A DNA stretch of 64,000 bases from Ostreococcus lucimarinus. Taxonomy: Eukaryota. The DNA is taken from NCBI GenBank assembly GCA_000092065.1, contig CP000582.1; one strand, 5' to 3'. Position 1 is the stretch's first letter. Each line of letters starts with the position of its first letter. A model generated the notes under the pieces. That model ran no database searches. It saw only the letters and a program-made list of their open reading frames with translations, and was not told the origin of the DNA. A program made the translations under genes and the position numbers. Below, piece by piece: positions 21,215-32,603 of this stretch.

Positions 21215-21891
21215 AGACTGACGCGTTCAATGCAGTACGGACCGTTTAGACCAAACGTACCAGTTGTTGTACCACTTTGGGTGGCACTCGCCTTGAAACA
21301 AAGTGGTAGTTGTACCATCGAGTTGGATGACTGGTTTAAACTAGAGAATATATTGGCAACTCAAGAGAGAGAAAAGACAGATGCGAAGCAACTTCAGGTT
21401 TCGTCTCTACACTAGATTCTATCGCACAAGCTAAGCTACTCGCAGATTTTGCCGCGATGTTATGTCGAACAGGCACGTACAGTTTCAAAGTATTGGTTAG
21501 AGGATATGCCGCAGCAAAGTGGGATGGCATCCAGTTTAGTAAGTTCGAGTACGCCTGATTGTGGCGGCTATCTTACTTTTAAGCAGGAGGATATCTTGTC
21601 ACTTAGAAAACAAAAATTGCGACAAAGCTTTCGTAAGCTAGAACAGAAGCTAGAAGACATAGACGGACTGGTAGGTGGCCCTGAACACACAACAGAGAGA
21701 CTTCTCACGCTAACATACAGGGCTTTCTCTCACTACAACCGGAGATATCAAATCTTGAACTAACGCTAATAAGGTGCTTTAGCTGCGCATCTATGGAAAT
21801 GAGCACGGCGATGTTTTCAAATTGGTGTGAGCGGCTTCGTAGGAACAATCATCTGTCAAGCCCAAGTGCTGGTAATTGAATCTGCACAATG

Positions 21892-22315
21892 TTATGAGCA
21901 CGAAAGCTTTGAGAGTGATACAAAATTGTAACTCACTTTTTCCATCTTCGAAAACTCCCATTCCTTGTTCTGAGAAAATGTAAGCGTTGTGATAAGAAAA
22001 TAAAGCTCACGTACACAAAGTGGACAGTTGCTACGCGTCCGAAGCCATTTCGAAATACAGTCCAGATGGAAAACATGTCCACAGTTGCCCCAAGCAATGC
22101 TCAGACCTTCGTCTGATGAAGCAGAAGGGTTTGCTTGATATTCTATACTAGCTTCATGTAGGCTGTTCCTACAGATAGCACATGTATCTGTACAGATGGA
22201 CCAAGACCAAACAGCAACAGCTGACCACTACTTTCTTGTGAGCGACTTCTTTCCCGATCTTAACAGCACTTACCTTTTTCAACTGAAATGTCTGGTCCAC
22301 ATTTGTATGCGACAT
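21892..22315 (-). CDS. RBX1: RING-box protein RBX1/ROC1 (cullin-RING ligase subunit), 3 exons; missed by the ORF track
   Basis: Exon 1 (22274..22315) reads MSHTNVDQTFQLKK. Exon 2 (22015..22227) reads WSAVAVWSWSICTDTCAICRNSLHEASIEYQANPSASSDEGLSIAWGNCGHVFHLDCISKWLRTRSNCPLC, matching the human RBX1 core ([55 protein letters not shown]). Exon 3 (21892..21969) reads NKEWEFSKMEK.. Introns are 46 nt (GTAAGT..TAG) and 45 nt (GTACGT..CAG). Confidence 0.85.
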
Positions 22316-22624
22316 GTCCACCACCGCCGCAGCGAGACTTTCGTTCGTTGGATACGTTCTGACGTATTGCGCGTTCGTCGGCGCACGAAAATCGCAGCGC
22401 GCGGTCCTTTTTTGCGGTACACTGACAGACATCACGACTGTTTTTTTGTACAATCTCTGCCGCTGCCGCTTCGGTAAACGCAAATATTTTAGCCTATCAA
22501 GCACACACCGATTGCTGAGTTGTACAAAAAGCTAAAATCGAGGAAATTCGATTGACCGGCGTTCCGACGGCGACGTAGGGCGCCTGTCGAAAGGCCGTAT
22601 CACATTTGGCATACTACTCAGAAC

Positions 22625-23994
22625 ATGTTCAACGCGAAGAACGGTTTTTCTGAGGCACACGTGAGGGGATGTCAGACCAAACGACTCACCAAACAGAACT
22701 ACGCCGAACTTTCTCGATGTGACACGTTGGAAGACATCAAGACGTACTTGGTATGCACTCTAAGTTGCGCTGAAAGTTAGCGATTGACAATAAACAGCAA
22801 ACGATGAGTGATTATTCAGAATATGTTCGTGATCTTCAAGCGCCAGTGAGACCGGTTGACATTATTGAATGCTGCAGAAAGAGACAGATCGCAGAGTTTA
22901 ATATTTGCTGTCAGCAGGTTTGTAACGTATCTTATTCCTGAAGATAGCCAACAATTGCCATAGGCTTCTTCCCCTTTGTCCAATTTTTTGGAGTATTTGA
23001 CGTACGGATACATGATCGATAATCTTGTGTTGGCTTTAAATGGCATGCTTCGTGGACGTACCACAGAGGTACGCAGTCAATTTTTCAACGAAAACCTGTC
23101 TCAACTGCTGTAGGCAATACTTGAGAAGTGTAGCCCCATTGGTTTTTTCGATTCTTTATCCGCGGTTGTCGTGTCGAGTAGTGTCCAGTGAGTTCTCCTT
23201 CATTTTGACAAACAAGCTCAGATGATTGTAGTACTGTGTAGAGAACTCTACAGACTAGCTCTCGTGGATACACCGCTTGCCTCTTATTTCAGTAGCTCGA
23301 TTAAGGCAGAAGATCTGGATGAGTTAAATATTGAGCTCATACGGAACGTCCTATACAAGGTAAAGTTCCGGTTGCATTTTGACGAAGTGACGCCTGAGGT
23401 CTGCTCTAGGAATATTTGCAAGATTTCATGGTTTTCTGCAACAAAATGGATCAAAACACACGTCAATTGATGGAGGTAACGCAAATGACACCACTAAATG
23501 ACGGGCATTTTGATCAGTACTCCTACCAGAAACTACTTAGCATGGAGGCCGATCGGCACGCGATAAGAATCACACTGAACTCTTTCGGAACAGAGCTTTC
23601 CAAGGCTGATCGAAGAAATCTTTATACGAATTTTGGCACCATGTACCCCGATGGCTTCGCGCGTCTTGCGAATTGTGAAACGGTAGATGAAGTGAAACGC
23701 ATACTAGTAGCTTATCCAGAATTCAGAGAGTTGACGAAAAGTGATGATCCCCACTACATTGACAGGGTACGCAGTCTCTTTTTTTGTATCACAAGACTTA
23801 ACGATTTGCAGGGACTACGCGTTCTCGAACTGGAAGCATGTGGACAAGCACTCGATGAGCAATTCAATTTCGCTATCTTTTATGCTTTCGTAAAGTTTCA
23901 GGAGAACGAAATAAACAACCTGATGTGGCTCACTGAGTGTGTTGCTCAAAGGCAAAAAAGTAGTCTAGGCGAGGGCATTGTCTACATACAATAG
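22625..23994 (+). CDS. ATP6V0D: V-type H+-ATPase V0 subunit d (VMA6/ATP6V0D), about 6 exons
   Basis: ATG at 22625. [42 protein letters not shown] matches the N-terminus of V0-d. Later exons read ..[38 protein letters not shown] / [10 protein letters not shown].. / ..[77 protein letters not shown]... Introns are ~45–70 nt, including GTATGC, GTTTGT and GTACGC donors. Confidence 0.9.
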
Positions 23995-24097
23995 CGATCC
24001 AAGGAAGTTAAAAGAACGATGCGACGGGTCTGAAAATTAATCTCTCGTTGAATAGTTTCATTATAAACTCAAGATTGTAAATTTAATGTGATGCGTC

Positions 24098-25616
24098 TCA
24101 GTCCGTTTCGTAACCGAACACAGATGAAAAGACATCAATAACTCGAGAGCCTTCATCAATAGTCGCCATTGGATCCTTACGGAGCCTGTGACGCAGGCAG
24201 AGCGACACTACCGAATAAACGTCTTCGTCGGTCACTACCTTGGAACCTCGGAAGGCTGCAGCTGCACGTGATGCGCGAGTCGTCACGAGATCACCACGGA
24301 GGCCATCGACGTCAAGCTCAGCGCAGACTTGGGAAATTTTCAGTCGGATTTCCATGGGAACCTCAACCTCCGGTAACAAGGCGCGCGCCCGAGTCACCTG
24401 GTCTATGATTTCGTCCTGCTTTGCCTTGTATCCCGCGCGGAACGACTTCGGATCCGTGTCAAATGCAGTCCGCTCTTCGACAACCTTGACCCGCTCTTCT
24501 GGCAGTTTCACAGTCTTGATTTGTGCATGCATGCCGAAGCGATCTAAAAGCTGGGGTCGCAGTTCGCCTTCTTCTGGGTTACCGGAACCAATGAGGATGA
24601 AACGAGCCGGGTGACATATACTGATTCCCTCGCGCTCCACTGTATTCCAGCCCGACGCTGCCGAATCAAGCAAAACATCAACAAGGTGGTCGTCTAGTAA
24701 GTTGACTTCATCAACATACAGTATTCCGCGATTCGCCTTGGCGAGGAGACCAGGTTCGAAGGCTTTCGTCCCCTCAGTTAACGCTTTCTCGATATCGATC
24801 GTCCCGCATACGCGATCCTCAGTTGCACCCAAGGGTAAGTCAACCATATTGATAGGAACGAAGGAAGTCTCGAGCGGTTGCTTGGCCCGATATGCCGATA
24901 AAACGTCGGGAGACATCAAGTTCGGATCCGTAGGGCTACTCATAAACGGATCATCTTTCACGATTTCGATGTATGGAAGTAAATCAGTCAACGAACGGAC
25001 TGTCGTCGACTTCCCAGTCCCACGATCGCCCATCACCATGATGCCGCCGATATTCGGATCGATGATGTTCATCAGCGCTGCGAACTTCATCTCTTCTTGG
25101 CCAATGATAGCGCAGAAGGGATATACAGGTCTAGCGGTACTATCCTCCACCTCGGAATCGTTGGAAACTACGTCAAGAGTGAGTAAGTCAATATTCTATG
25201 CCGACACTACAGGGTCTCTTACCGGCTTTAGGGCGAAGTGTCTGCTGCACGCGGCAGCCACGCGTGCCTTGAATGTTCCTGAAAACAAATTGAGAAAAAT
25301 TTCGAAGATCAGTTCGAAACGGGGCGTACTTATATCCCCGGCTCCATCTACAGAGCGCTGTACCGTAGAAGAAAACCGTCAGTCGCCCGAGTTCTGTCGA
25401 TAAGGTTGCGAGCGATGTGTTCGCGTGTCCGCTTGTGCGAAAAGAACGCAATGGGAAAGCCTCACGCGTGACGATCTAACGAACAAAAAAATGAGGATGC
25501 TTGAGTGAAACAAATATCGCGTCAAACTCGCACGTGACGAGAAAACTTCGCGTGCAGGCACGTGTCTCACCGTTTACGTGTTGATGACTGTATGAAACAG
25601 CGGCGGACATCGACAT
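24098..25616 (-). CDS. CHLI: magnesium chelatase subunit I (ChlI), nuclear-encoded with N-terminal transit peptide; 3–4 exons
   Basis: Mature part reads RPVYPFCAIIGQEEMKFAALMNIIDPNIGGIMVMGDRGTGKSTTVRSLTDLLP.., a textbook ChlI AAA+ module, in a 350-codon exon. Upstream exons encode an S/T/R-rich presequence (MSMSAAVSYSHQH / ..RSFRTSGHANTSLATLS..QQTLRPKA / VSNDSEVEDSTARPVYPF). ATG at 25616..25614. Presequence exon boundaries are uncertain. Confidence 0.9.
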
Positions 25617-26101
25617 GTTGAACTCGCTCGTCTGTTTAAATAATATCCGAATAATTATTCACGATGGTACACGATCTAATCACCCGTGGGCACAACGTGT
25701 GCGCGTGCGTCAGTGCGGCAAGTACAAGTATCGAATGTGACGTGAGCTAAGCTGAGGAAGCGGATAACGATGAAAACATTCGGTTCTATATCATGGTGTA
25801 TTAATGATGTTTCATAAACGCGCACATACTTAACAGCGTGTATTGCATATATCAGTATCTCCACGGTTTATTGTGGGTCTGGCGCGTGCGTTGACGTCTT
25901 CGAGGAAACGACAGCTTTCGCTGAACTTGCAACGCGCGTCAAAACGCTCACGCGAATACTCAGCCACAGTTCCTTCGTCCGTCGTTTGACGCGACAGCTG
26001 TTTCTCAGGTTCAACATCCTGCACTTCTTGCATCAACTCAACAAGGTTGGCTGCATACTCGCCGAACTCTTCGCGACAGGATCCCCGAGTTATTTTTCAC
26101 A
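25617..26101. promoter_or_regulatory. 485-bp head-to-head intergenic region shared by CHLI (minus) and ClpP (plus); putative bidirectional promoter
   Basis: Inferred from divergent start codons at 25616 and 26102. No motif was verified. Confidence 0.35.
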
Positions 26102-26996
26102 ATGCAAGCTCGATCTTTATACCGTTTCAAGACGCAGCACTCTAGGTACGCTATAGGTGTAGTTTTCGTCGTTCGAGCATACGGTCGTGAGCGGTGCACC
26201 CCTTTTGTTGGCAAATTAAAGGCGGCACACGCGTGAAACCCTACAGGGGAAGTACTAACGGCTCTTTTTTGTTTTCGCTCCCAGTGGCGTTGGATCATCA
26301 TCTGCGCGCATAGATCGCTCAAAGCACCAAGGCTTACAGACTCGAGTTAAAGCAGGGCTTTATGTCAGCAACCAACAGGGCAAGGGTCCATCGCCTATTG
26401 TGCTGGAAAGGTTTCAAAGCGTTGCCAGCCAACTCATGTCGCAGCGTATTATTCGACTCGGCGGTGCAGTAGATGACGATAGCTGCAACTTAATCGTAGC
26501 TCAACTTCTTTGGTTAGATGCTGCAGATCCCACGAAAGACATTACACTGTACGTAAATTCACCTGGGGGCTCCGTTACAGCAGGAATGGCGGTGTTTGAT
26601 ACAATGCGACATATTCGTCCCAACGTTTCTACGGTTTGTGTGGGTCTTGCGGCATCTATGGGTGCGTTTCTTCTTGCTTCTGGTCATCCGGGCAAAAGAT
26701 ACAGCCTTCCGAACAGTAGGATCATGATTCACCAACCTCTTGGTGGTGCACAAGGTCAAGCCGCAGATATTGAGATACAAGCTAACGAAATCATGCATCA
26801 TAAGTCAACGCTGAACGGCTACCTCGCTGAATTTACCAAGAAACCACTTGAGACGGTGATGGAAGATACCGATCGAGACTTTTTCATGTCGGCTAAGGAA
26901 GCCGTTGAGTATGGCCTTATAGACGCTATCATTGAGCACCCCACAGACGTGGCTGTCAAGGCTTCGGGCATACCTATGTATGCGTCTGGACTGTAA
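26102..26996 (+). CDS. CLPP: ATP-dependent Clp protease proteolytic subunit ClpP, nuclear-encoded organellar precursor (2 exons)
   Basis: Exon 1 (26102..26145) reads [14 protein letters not shown]. Intron 26146..26284 runs GTACGC..TACTAAC..CCCAG. Exon 2 (26285..26996) reads ..[121 protein letters not shown].. The catalytic Ser is in AASMG; a catalytic-triad His is present; the Asp was not checked. 252 aa in total. Confidence 0.85.
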
Positions 26997-27497
26997 GACG
27001 ACTGCTTCGTCTCGTTTTCCATTGTAAAAGTGACTCTGGTTATAATGTATGAGTCGGCGTGTAGAAGAAAAGCGATTATCCGACGACACGTCATTTTTCA
27101 TGTTGTTCCAGCGAGAGGTAAAAATACATCGCACCAGAACGCACCTCGTCTATGTTGGACGTTCCTTAGCGACAATTTGTTATGAACACCAACCAACGAA
27201 TCCTCAGATTTGCAAACATCTCGCGGCATGCGACACGACAACCTCTACACTCAAGGTTTGCGTGGCAATCAGCCTCACTTGGGCTAGAGTTCCAGTCTCG
27301 AACGGTAAGGTTGGTGTACACTACGGCCGAAGCTTGGCGAGTTTTAGGGAGCTTCAGATAGGTCGTAGACTTCATGTGATGATTGTTTTGAAATTTAATC
27401 TTCTGTCAATATTAAAAGCCGTGAGAGAGGGACTCGACGGGCTCTTAAAGCTGCACATGGCGCTCGCTCATTGTCCGAGCTCATAAGGACTATCAGC

Positions 27498-27825
27498 TTA
27501 CAACGAGAGCCCACTGTCATCGTCCTTGCCACCAGCTACAATGGAAGCATCTTGCTTACCAGCGATAAAGTAGAGGCCAAAGATGGCGAGCGGAACGGTC
27601 GCCAAAATGATGCCCAAGGCGCCGTCGTTGATGCCGAGAGGCAAGCCAGTACCGTCACCGTTCAGTCGATCGTCAACCTACGGCGTTCAAGTTGAAGGAT
27701 AATACGTGTGAAAGGAATCATATCAATACTTACGATCGCGAGCGCCGGAAGTACATTAACCATAGAAGAGAGCGCAAAGGAGCCAGCAACTCGTTTACCC
27801 ATTTCTTGCGGTGCAGTCGCGCTCA
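27498..27825 (-). CDS. PSBW: photosystem II reaction-centre W protein (PsbW) precursor; at least 2 exons, with a possible further 5′ exon
   Basis: Exon at 27734..27825 reads MSATAPQEMGKRVAGSFALSSMVNVLPALAI, a thylakoid-transfer signal ending in the AxA motif. Intron 27678..27733 has donor GTAAGT. Exon at 27498..27677 reads VDDRLNGDGTGLPLGINDGALGIILATVPLAIFGLYFIAGKQDASIVAGGKDDDSGLSL*. This matches mature PsbW ([41 protein letters not shown]). A stromal-targeting exon probably lies upstream of 27825 (candidate in 27880..28106). Confidence 0.8.
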
Positions 27826-28685
27826 TAGTGACCACTGTGCGGCCAAGTCAGTATGGTAGATGTCAAAAAGTCCGCGCGAAGAAAAGTACGAAACACACAA
27901 CGTATGCAAATGGATATTTTTCGACGCACCTGATCGCTTGGTAGTGGCATTTTGCTTCTTGACTGTCGGTGGGAAAACGACTTGTCAGTTCTGGTTATAG
28001 CGCGCTTAACAACGCGATCGTATCTTTTCGCAGACAGCGCACACGTACCAGATCGTCGCTGCACGACGTTGCACGGCGTGGAAATCACAGACGAGATAGT
28101 AAACATGTTATTCGTGAACTTTTACACACGATGGCTTGCGCGGGTACGAAGTGGTGTCGTCGGCGATCACCAGCGTCGTATCGCGTACAGATATGCGATT
28201 ATGTTTATGAGTCTCTTTAATTTTTATTACCTAATAGCCTCATCAGTATATGAACCGTAACGGCTCTTTGTTGTTGCGAACGTACGCGTATATTGTACCG
28301 AATTTCTCATAGACGACCGATAGCTCCTGAGCTCTCAGATCTCGTCTAGATCGAGCGCTATCCTATGTTTGATCCTTAGACAAGCGTCGAGAACGGTGAA
28401 CATCACTGTACGCGTCGGCGCCTCCTGTCAAAGTGAAATCATGTTCACATTGAATACTCGAACTACATGCGTTGAACGAAGGTAAGATTGGTGCATCGCC
28501 CCTGGAAACCCAGCCTCTTTTTTGTACTCGATGTTCGTAGCGCGTGACGACGGAACTCACACTCGACTCGAAACCGCACGCGTGCGGTCATGCAATCCAG
28601 AAACGGCAAAATGGTTAGATCCCGAATTATTTTTAAACAACGATGAGGGAGATTTTTGGCGCAGTGTTTGCTTGCTGCCTTCGTG

Positions 28686-30071
28686 ATGCACGAAAAGACT
28701 AACGTTATCCTCCCCGAGAACAGCCTGAGCGCGAAGTTGCACGAACCTAAGCTGTCGCGTTCGCGCACGACGGCGCGTGTGACGCCACGAAATGTGGTCA
28801 CAGCGTCTGGTGCCCCTTTAACTGATCGGAAATTGCGTGTCGCTGTCATCGGTGGTGGTCCTGCCGGTGCTTGCGCCGCTGAAACTCTGGCGAAGGGTGG
28901 ATGCGAGACCTTCCTGATCGAGCGCAAGATGGACAACTGCAAGCCCTGTGGTGGCGCCATCCCGCTGTGCATGGTTGGTGAATTCGACTTGCCGGAAGAA
29001 ATCATCGACCGTAAGGTCACTAAAATGAAGATGATCTCGCCTTCGAACCGTGCCGTGGATGTCGGACAAACTCTGAACGACAAGGAGTACATCGGTATGT
29101 GCCGTCGAGAAGTCATGGATGACTTCCTGCGCAAACGCGCGAAGAGCCTAGGCGCGAACCTTGTCAACGGTCTTTTCATGAAAATCGAAGATCCCGGCCA
29201 AGGAAACGGCCCTATCATGGTCCAGTACAACGATTACGAAGAAGAAAGCAAGACTGGCGTTCCCAAAACGCTTGAGGTTGACGTCGTCATCGGCGCGGAT
29301 GGTGCCAACTCTCGCGTTGCCAAGTGCATCGACGCAGGTGAATATGACTACGCCATCGCCTTCCAGGAACGCATTAAGATTCCGGATGCAAAGATGGAGT
29401 ACTATAAAGACCTTGCTGAAATGTACGTAGGCGACGACGTGTCGCCAGATTTTTACGGTTGGGTTTTCCCGAAGTACGATCACGTTGCGGTTGGGACTGG
29501 TACGGTTGTGAACAAGACTGCCATTAAGCAATATCAGACTGCCATGCGCAACAGAGCCGAGGAAAAGTGCGAGGGTGGTAAAATTATCCGTGTGGAGGCG
29601 CACCCGATCCCGGAACATCCGAGACCGAACAGAGTGAAAGGTCGTGTCGCGTTGGTTGGAGATGCAGCAGGCTACGTCACGAAGTGCAGTGGCGAAGGTA
29701 TTTACTTCGCGGCCAAGTCAGGTCGTATGGCAGCCGAGGCCGTTGTCGAACAATCGATGAATGGAACGAAGGAAATTGGCGAGACCGATCTTCGTGTTTA
29801 CCTTGACAAGTGGGATCGCAAGTACTGGGCGACGTACAAGGTTCTTGACATTTTGCAGAAAGTCTTCTACCGCTCTAATCCGGCGCGTGAAGCCTTCGTT
29901 GAAATGTGCGCGGATGAGTACGTGCAGAAGATGACTTTCGATTCCTACCTGTACAAAACTGTTGTGCCGGGCAATCCGTTGGACGATGCGAAGCTCCTCG
30001 CCAATACTGTTGCCTCACTGATGCGCTCGAACGCTCTTCGCATCGCGTCAAAAAGTGGCATCGCCGCCTAA
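28686..30071 (+). CDS. CHLP: geranylgeranyl diphosphate reductase (ChlP), single exon with ~45-aa transit peptide
   Basis: RVAVIGGGPAGACAAETLAKGGCETFLIERKMDNCKPCGGAIPLCMVGEFDLP is the canonical ChlP FAD-binding N-terminus. Homology continues across the full length (..ALVGDAAGYVTKCSGEGIYFAAKSG..). First ATG in the ORF at 28686 (MHEKT..). Confidence 0.9.
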   Translation: MHEKTNVILPENSLSAKLHEPKLSRSRTTARVTPRNVVTASGAPLTDRKLRVAVIGGGPAGACAAETLAKGGCETFLIERKMDNCKPCGGAIPLCMVGEFDLPEEIIDRKVTKMKMISPSNRAVDVGQTLNDKEYIGMCRREVMDDFLRKRAKSLGANLVNGLFMKIEDPGQGNGPIMVQYNDYEEESKTGVPKTLEVDVVIGADGANSRVAKCIDAGEYDYAIAFQERIKIPDAKMEYYKDLAEMYVGDDVSPDFYGWVFPKYDHVAVGTGTVVNKTAIKQYQTAMRNRAEEKCEGGKIIRVEAHPIPEHPRPNRVKGRVALVGDAAGYVTKCSGEGIYFAAKSGRMAAEAVVEQSMNGTKEIGETDLRVYLDKWDRKYWATYKVLDILQKVFYRSNPAREAFVEMCADEYVQKMTFDSYLYKTVVPGNPLDDAKLLANTVASLMRSNALRIASKSGIAA

Positions 30072-30268
30072 GATGCGATCAGTTTAATTCTTTACGATCA
30101 ATTTCGAAGCAAATTAGTAGCGCTACTTTACAAAACAACTGTTATTGTTATCCACGATCTACGTAAGACACTGTTCGCCTCGCGATGCTTGATATAGGCA
30201 ACTAACACACACTGACGTGTTGCGCTTTCTTACACTCACACCCCACCGAATTGCCGTCAATCGTCTGC

Positions 30269-32104
30269 TCACCAAGCGAGAAGATTGATGAATACCGAAC
30301 CTTTCCAACCCTCTGGGTTGCGTACACCGTCCCGACACAGTTGCTTCACAGCTTTTAAACACAGTTCTTTGCTCGCAGTTGAGATGTCTCGATGTCCTTT
30401 CTCAAGCCGTCGAAGACTCAAGAGGGTGCTCAGACGAAAAACGGTTGAACTAGCCAGTTGCTTCAGGAACTCAACCCGATACTTCGTCTCACGCTCGTTC
30501 CTAGACTCGCATCTGTACATTAACCCAACGTGATTTTCGACGATAATACGGTCTACGAGGAACTCTCGCAACTGCTCTCGTACGTCATGACTGACTGAGT
30601 TCGGGTTGTCGTCTGCGAGCAGTTCGTAAATGGCACCGTGAAGCAGAAAAAGTGCACGCAGATAGGGTGCCGGCATACTCAGCCACTTGAATTGCTTGAT
30701 GCGAGTGCGTAGCAAACGAACAAATTCGTGCTTTGACTCTCCGTGTACATATGCACTGCGCATCGCTTTGCAGGCGAGTTGCACTGTAGAATCTGCACTT
30801 TTAACTTGCAAAGATTTCAACGTTGTCGCTATGGAAGCGAGTAGTTCAATCAACGGAATGCACTCTTGTAACGATTTATTTTGCTCGAACTCGAACCACT
30901 CCTTTTGTATCCATATGAGGAAGTCAGCGCACAAGATACTCGCTACTGGATTCTTGAGCACTACTTCTTCGGCAGTACCAGAAGCCAATTTAGAATGGAA
31001 TATATCTACGAAAAACAAACAAAGCTGGACATAATTTGTACATCGTATGGTATGCTCTACACTTGATATCATCATCTGTTTACTTCGTTTCAGATCGTCC
31101 CAAGCTGAGAATAAAAATTGGTTGACAACAGGAGCCGACAGGTTCGTCAATAAGCCGACCTGCCAAGGTTGGAGTTCTGATGTAGAAGATGTAGAAGGGA
31201 TCAAAATACCGCAGGCGCGCGACATATAGTGTGTTTCGATTGGATTTCCTCTAAGAAGCCTTTCAGACTCTGCGTATTCGCTATGCTTAACGTAAACACC
31301 ACTGAACCCCCCCCGCACAGCGCCCTTCACAGCCTTTGAAATGCCGAATTTACTCAACTTTCGCGACCATTGTGCAGATTTGGCGCTATGAGTTCCCATA
31401 TTCAGGTGTGTACTGGTATTGGAATCATTTTCATGAAAGCAGAGGATCAAAGCGAAGATTTCAACAAGAAGAGGAAGGTCATTGTTTATTGGAGAAACAC
31501 ATGCATCCTGAATTACTGCGGAAAGAACCTCCATAAACTGACACTTGAGTAGCAGTCGAAAAAGTTCATGGCGCACGTTACTGCTCTTAGAACCAACGAG
31601 ACTGTGCGAACGCGCTATGAGTAGTAAGTTCCGTACGAGCGTGAATGTTAACTGTAGAATTTTAGTCAATGTTTCGCCATTTTCCAGGTTGCCAGTTTCC
31701 AACTTCCCAAGTGCTTCAGAGACCAATAACATCAACTTGGGGAATATACAGGCGTGATCCAATAGGACACGGAGCGTGGAATTCAGAGCTTGATTTTGTG
31801 CTATAAAATTCGTACTTTCTTTTTCAGGTGGAAGTGTTAAGAAGACAAGAAGTTTCACCACAAGAAAGGACGTCGACAGCTCGCCACAGTGTGTTCCAAG
31901 AAGCGGCAATAAGTCTTTCCCCAGCACGTTCCACGCAATTAGCTGAAGGAAGACACCCCTTTCGCTAGAATCTTTTTGTAGGAAGCGTGTAATGTCCTGG
32001 AGCGATGCATCACATTCTGGATCTTTTCGGTATCCTCCCCGCGTGGTGCGAACACCGATCGTTGAGACCAAACTTAGCAGGTGCGCTTCACTGTACTTCG
32101 ACAT
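30269..32104 (-). CDS. Timeless/Tof1-family replication fork protection protein (N-terminal Timeless domain)
   Basis: Peptide CDASLQDITRFLQKDSSERGVFLQLIAWNVLGKDLLPLLGTHCGELSTSFLVVKLLVFLTLP aligns with the human TIMELESS N-terminus ([47 protein letters not shown]). ATG at 32104. Only ~610 aa before a stop, so it is unclear whether 3′ exons exist. The stop lies ~200 bp from the convergent CHLP stop. Confidence 0.75.
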   Translation of the reverse strand: MSKYSEAHLLSLVSTIGVRTTRGGYRKDPECDASLQDITRFLQKDSSERGVFLQLIAWNVLGKDLLPLLGTHCGELSTSFLVVKLLVFLTLPPEKESTNFIAQNQALNSTLRVLLDHACIFPKLMLLVSEALGKLETGNLENGETLTKILQLTFTLVRNLLLIARSHSLVGSKSSNVRHELFRLLLKCQFMEVLSAVIQDACVSPINNDLPLLVEIFALILCFHENDSNTSTHLNMGTHSAKSAQWSRKLSKFGISKAVKGAVRGGFSGVYVKHSEYAESERLLRGNPIETHYMSRACGILIPSTSSTSELQPWQVGLLTNLSAPVVNQFLFSAWDDLKRSKQMMISSVEHTIRCTNYVQLCLFFVDIFHSKLASGTAEEVVLKNPVASILCADFLIWIQKEWFEFEQNKSLQECIPLIELLASIATTLKSLQVKSADSTVQLACKAMRSAYVHGESKHEFVRLLRTRIKQFKWLSMPAPYLRALFLLHGAIYELLADDNPNSVSHDVREQLREFLVDRIIVENHVGLMYRCESRNERETKYRVEFLKQLASSTVFRLSTLLSLRRLEKGHRDISTASKELCLKAVKQLCRDGVRNPEGWKGSVFINLLAW

Positions 32105-32603
32105 ACGCCCGCTGATAGTACGGGCGTCGGTCTCAAACAATTCAATTTATTTATTGACGAGAAGAGGCGTACACCACGAGTGGGGCGCTACCTATGTCGA
32201 CACGCCGTGAGCACGACACAGTTTTGACAGTTCAATTCAAATTTTTGTCACCAGTTTGGCATTTTGAAAAAAGGTTTTTCCGGGTGTTCGGGGAGGGCAG
32301 TTATGTTATGAGCGGATGTTTTCACACGCCACCAGGTGAGTTTTGTGGAGCACATTTGTCGAGTTATGACTCAAGAATGACCCCGAGCTATGTACATTCA
32401 ATTCTCTTAGACTCCGCGCGTATGAATAAGCACGCACGACATCGACGCGACCTACAAACCCAAGGTTTCTCAAAACCCTGGGTGGTTCCAGTCCAACTGG
32501 AGGTCTACGGCGGAAGGGAGGCTGTGAAGACGCGTCAGTCGAATCAGACGAAAGTCAACACGTGCGAGCCGGTAACGATTGACAGGTCGAAAGCATCAAA
32601 GCG

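Noticed and set aside
24169-25403. Several plus-strand ORFs (79, 124, 233 aa)
   Set aside because: Antisense to the ChlI exon, which has textbook homology. The Arg/Ser-rich translations are typical of antisense GC-rich coding DNA.
27520-27543. 24-nt GT..AG segment (gtaagcaagatgcttccattgtag) inside PsbW as a possible micro-intron
   Set aside because: It is in frame, has no stop, and read-through gives a sensible acidic C-terminal tail. There is no need to invoke splicing, unlike the 18-nt case in the HPT gene.
28463-29230. 255-aa minus-strand ORF
   Set aside because: Lies entirely antisense within the clearly homologous CHLP coding region. A GC-rich sense strand often leaves long antisense ORFs; there is no homology.
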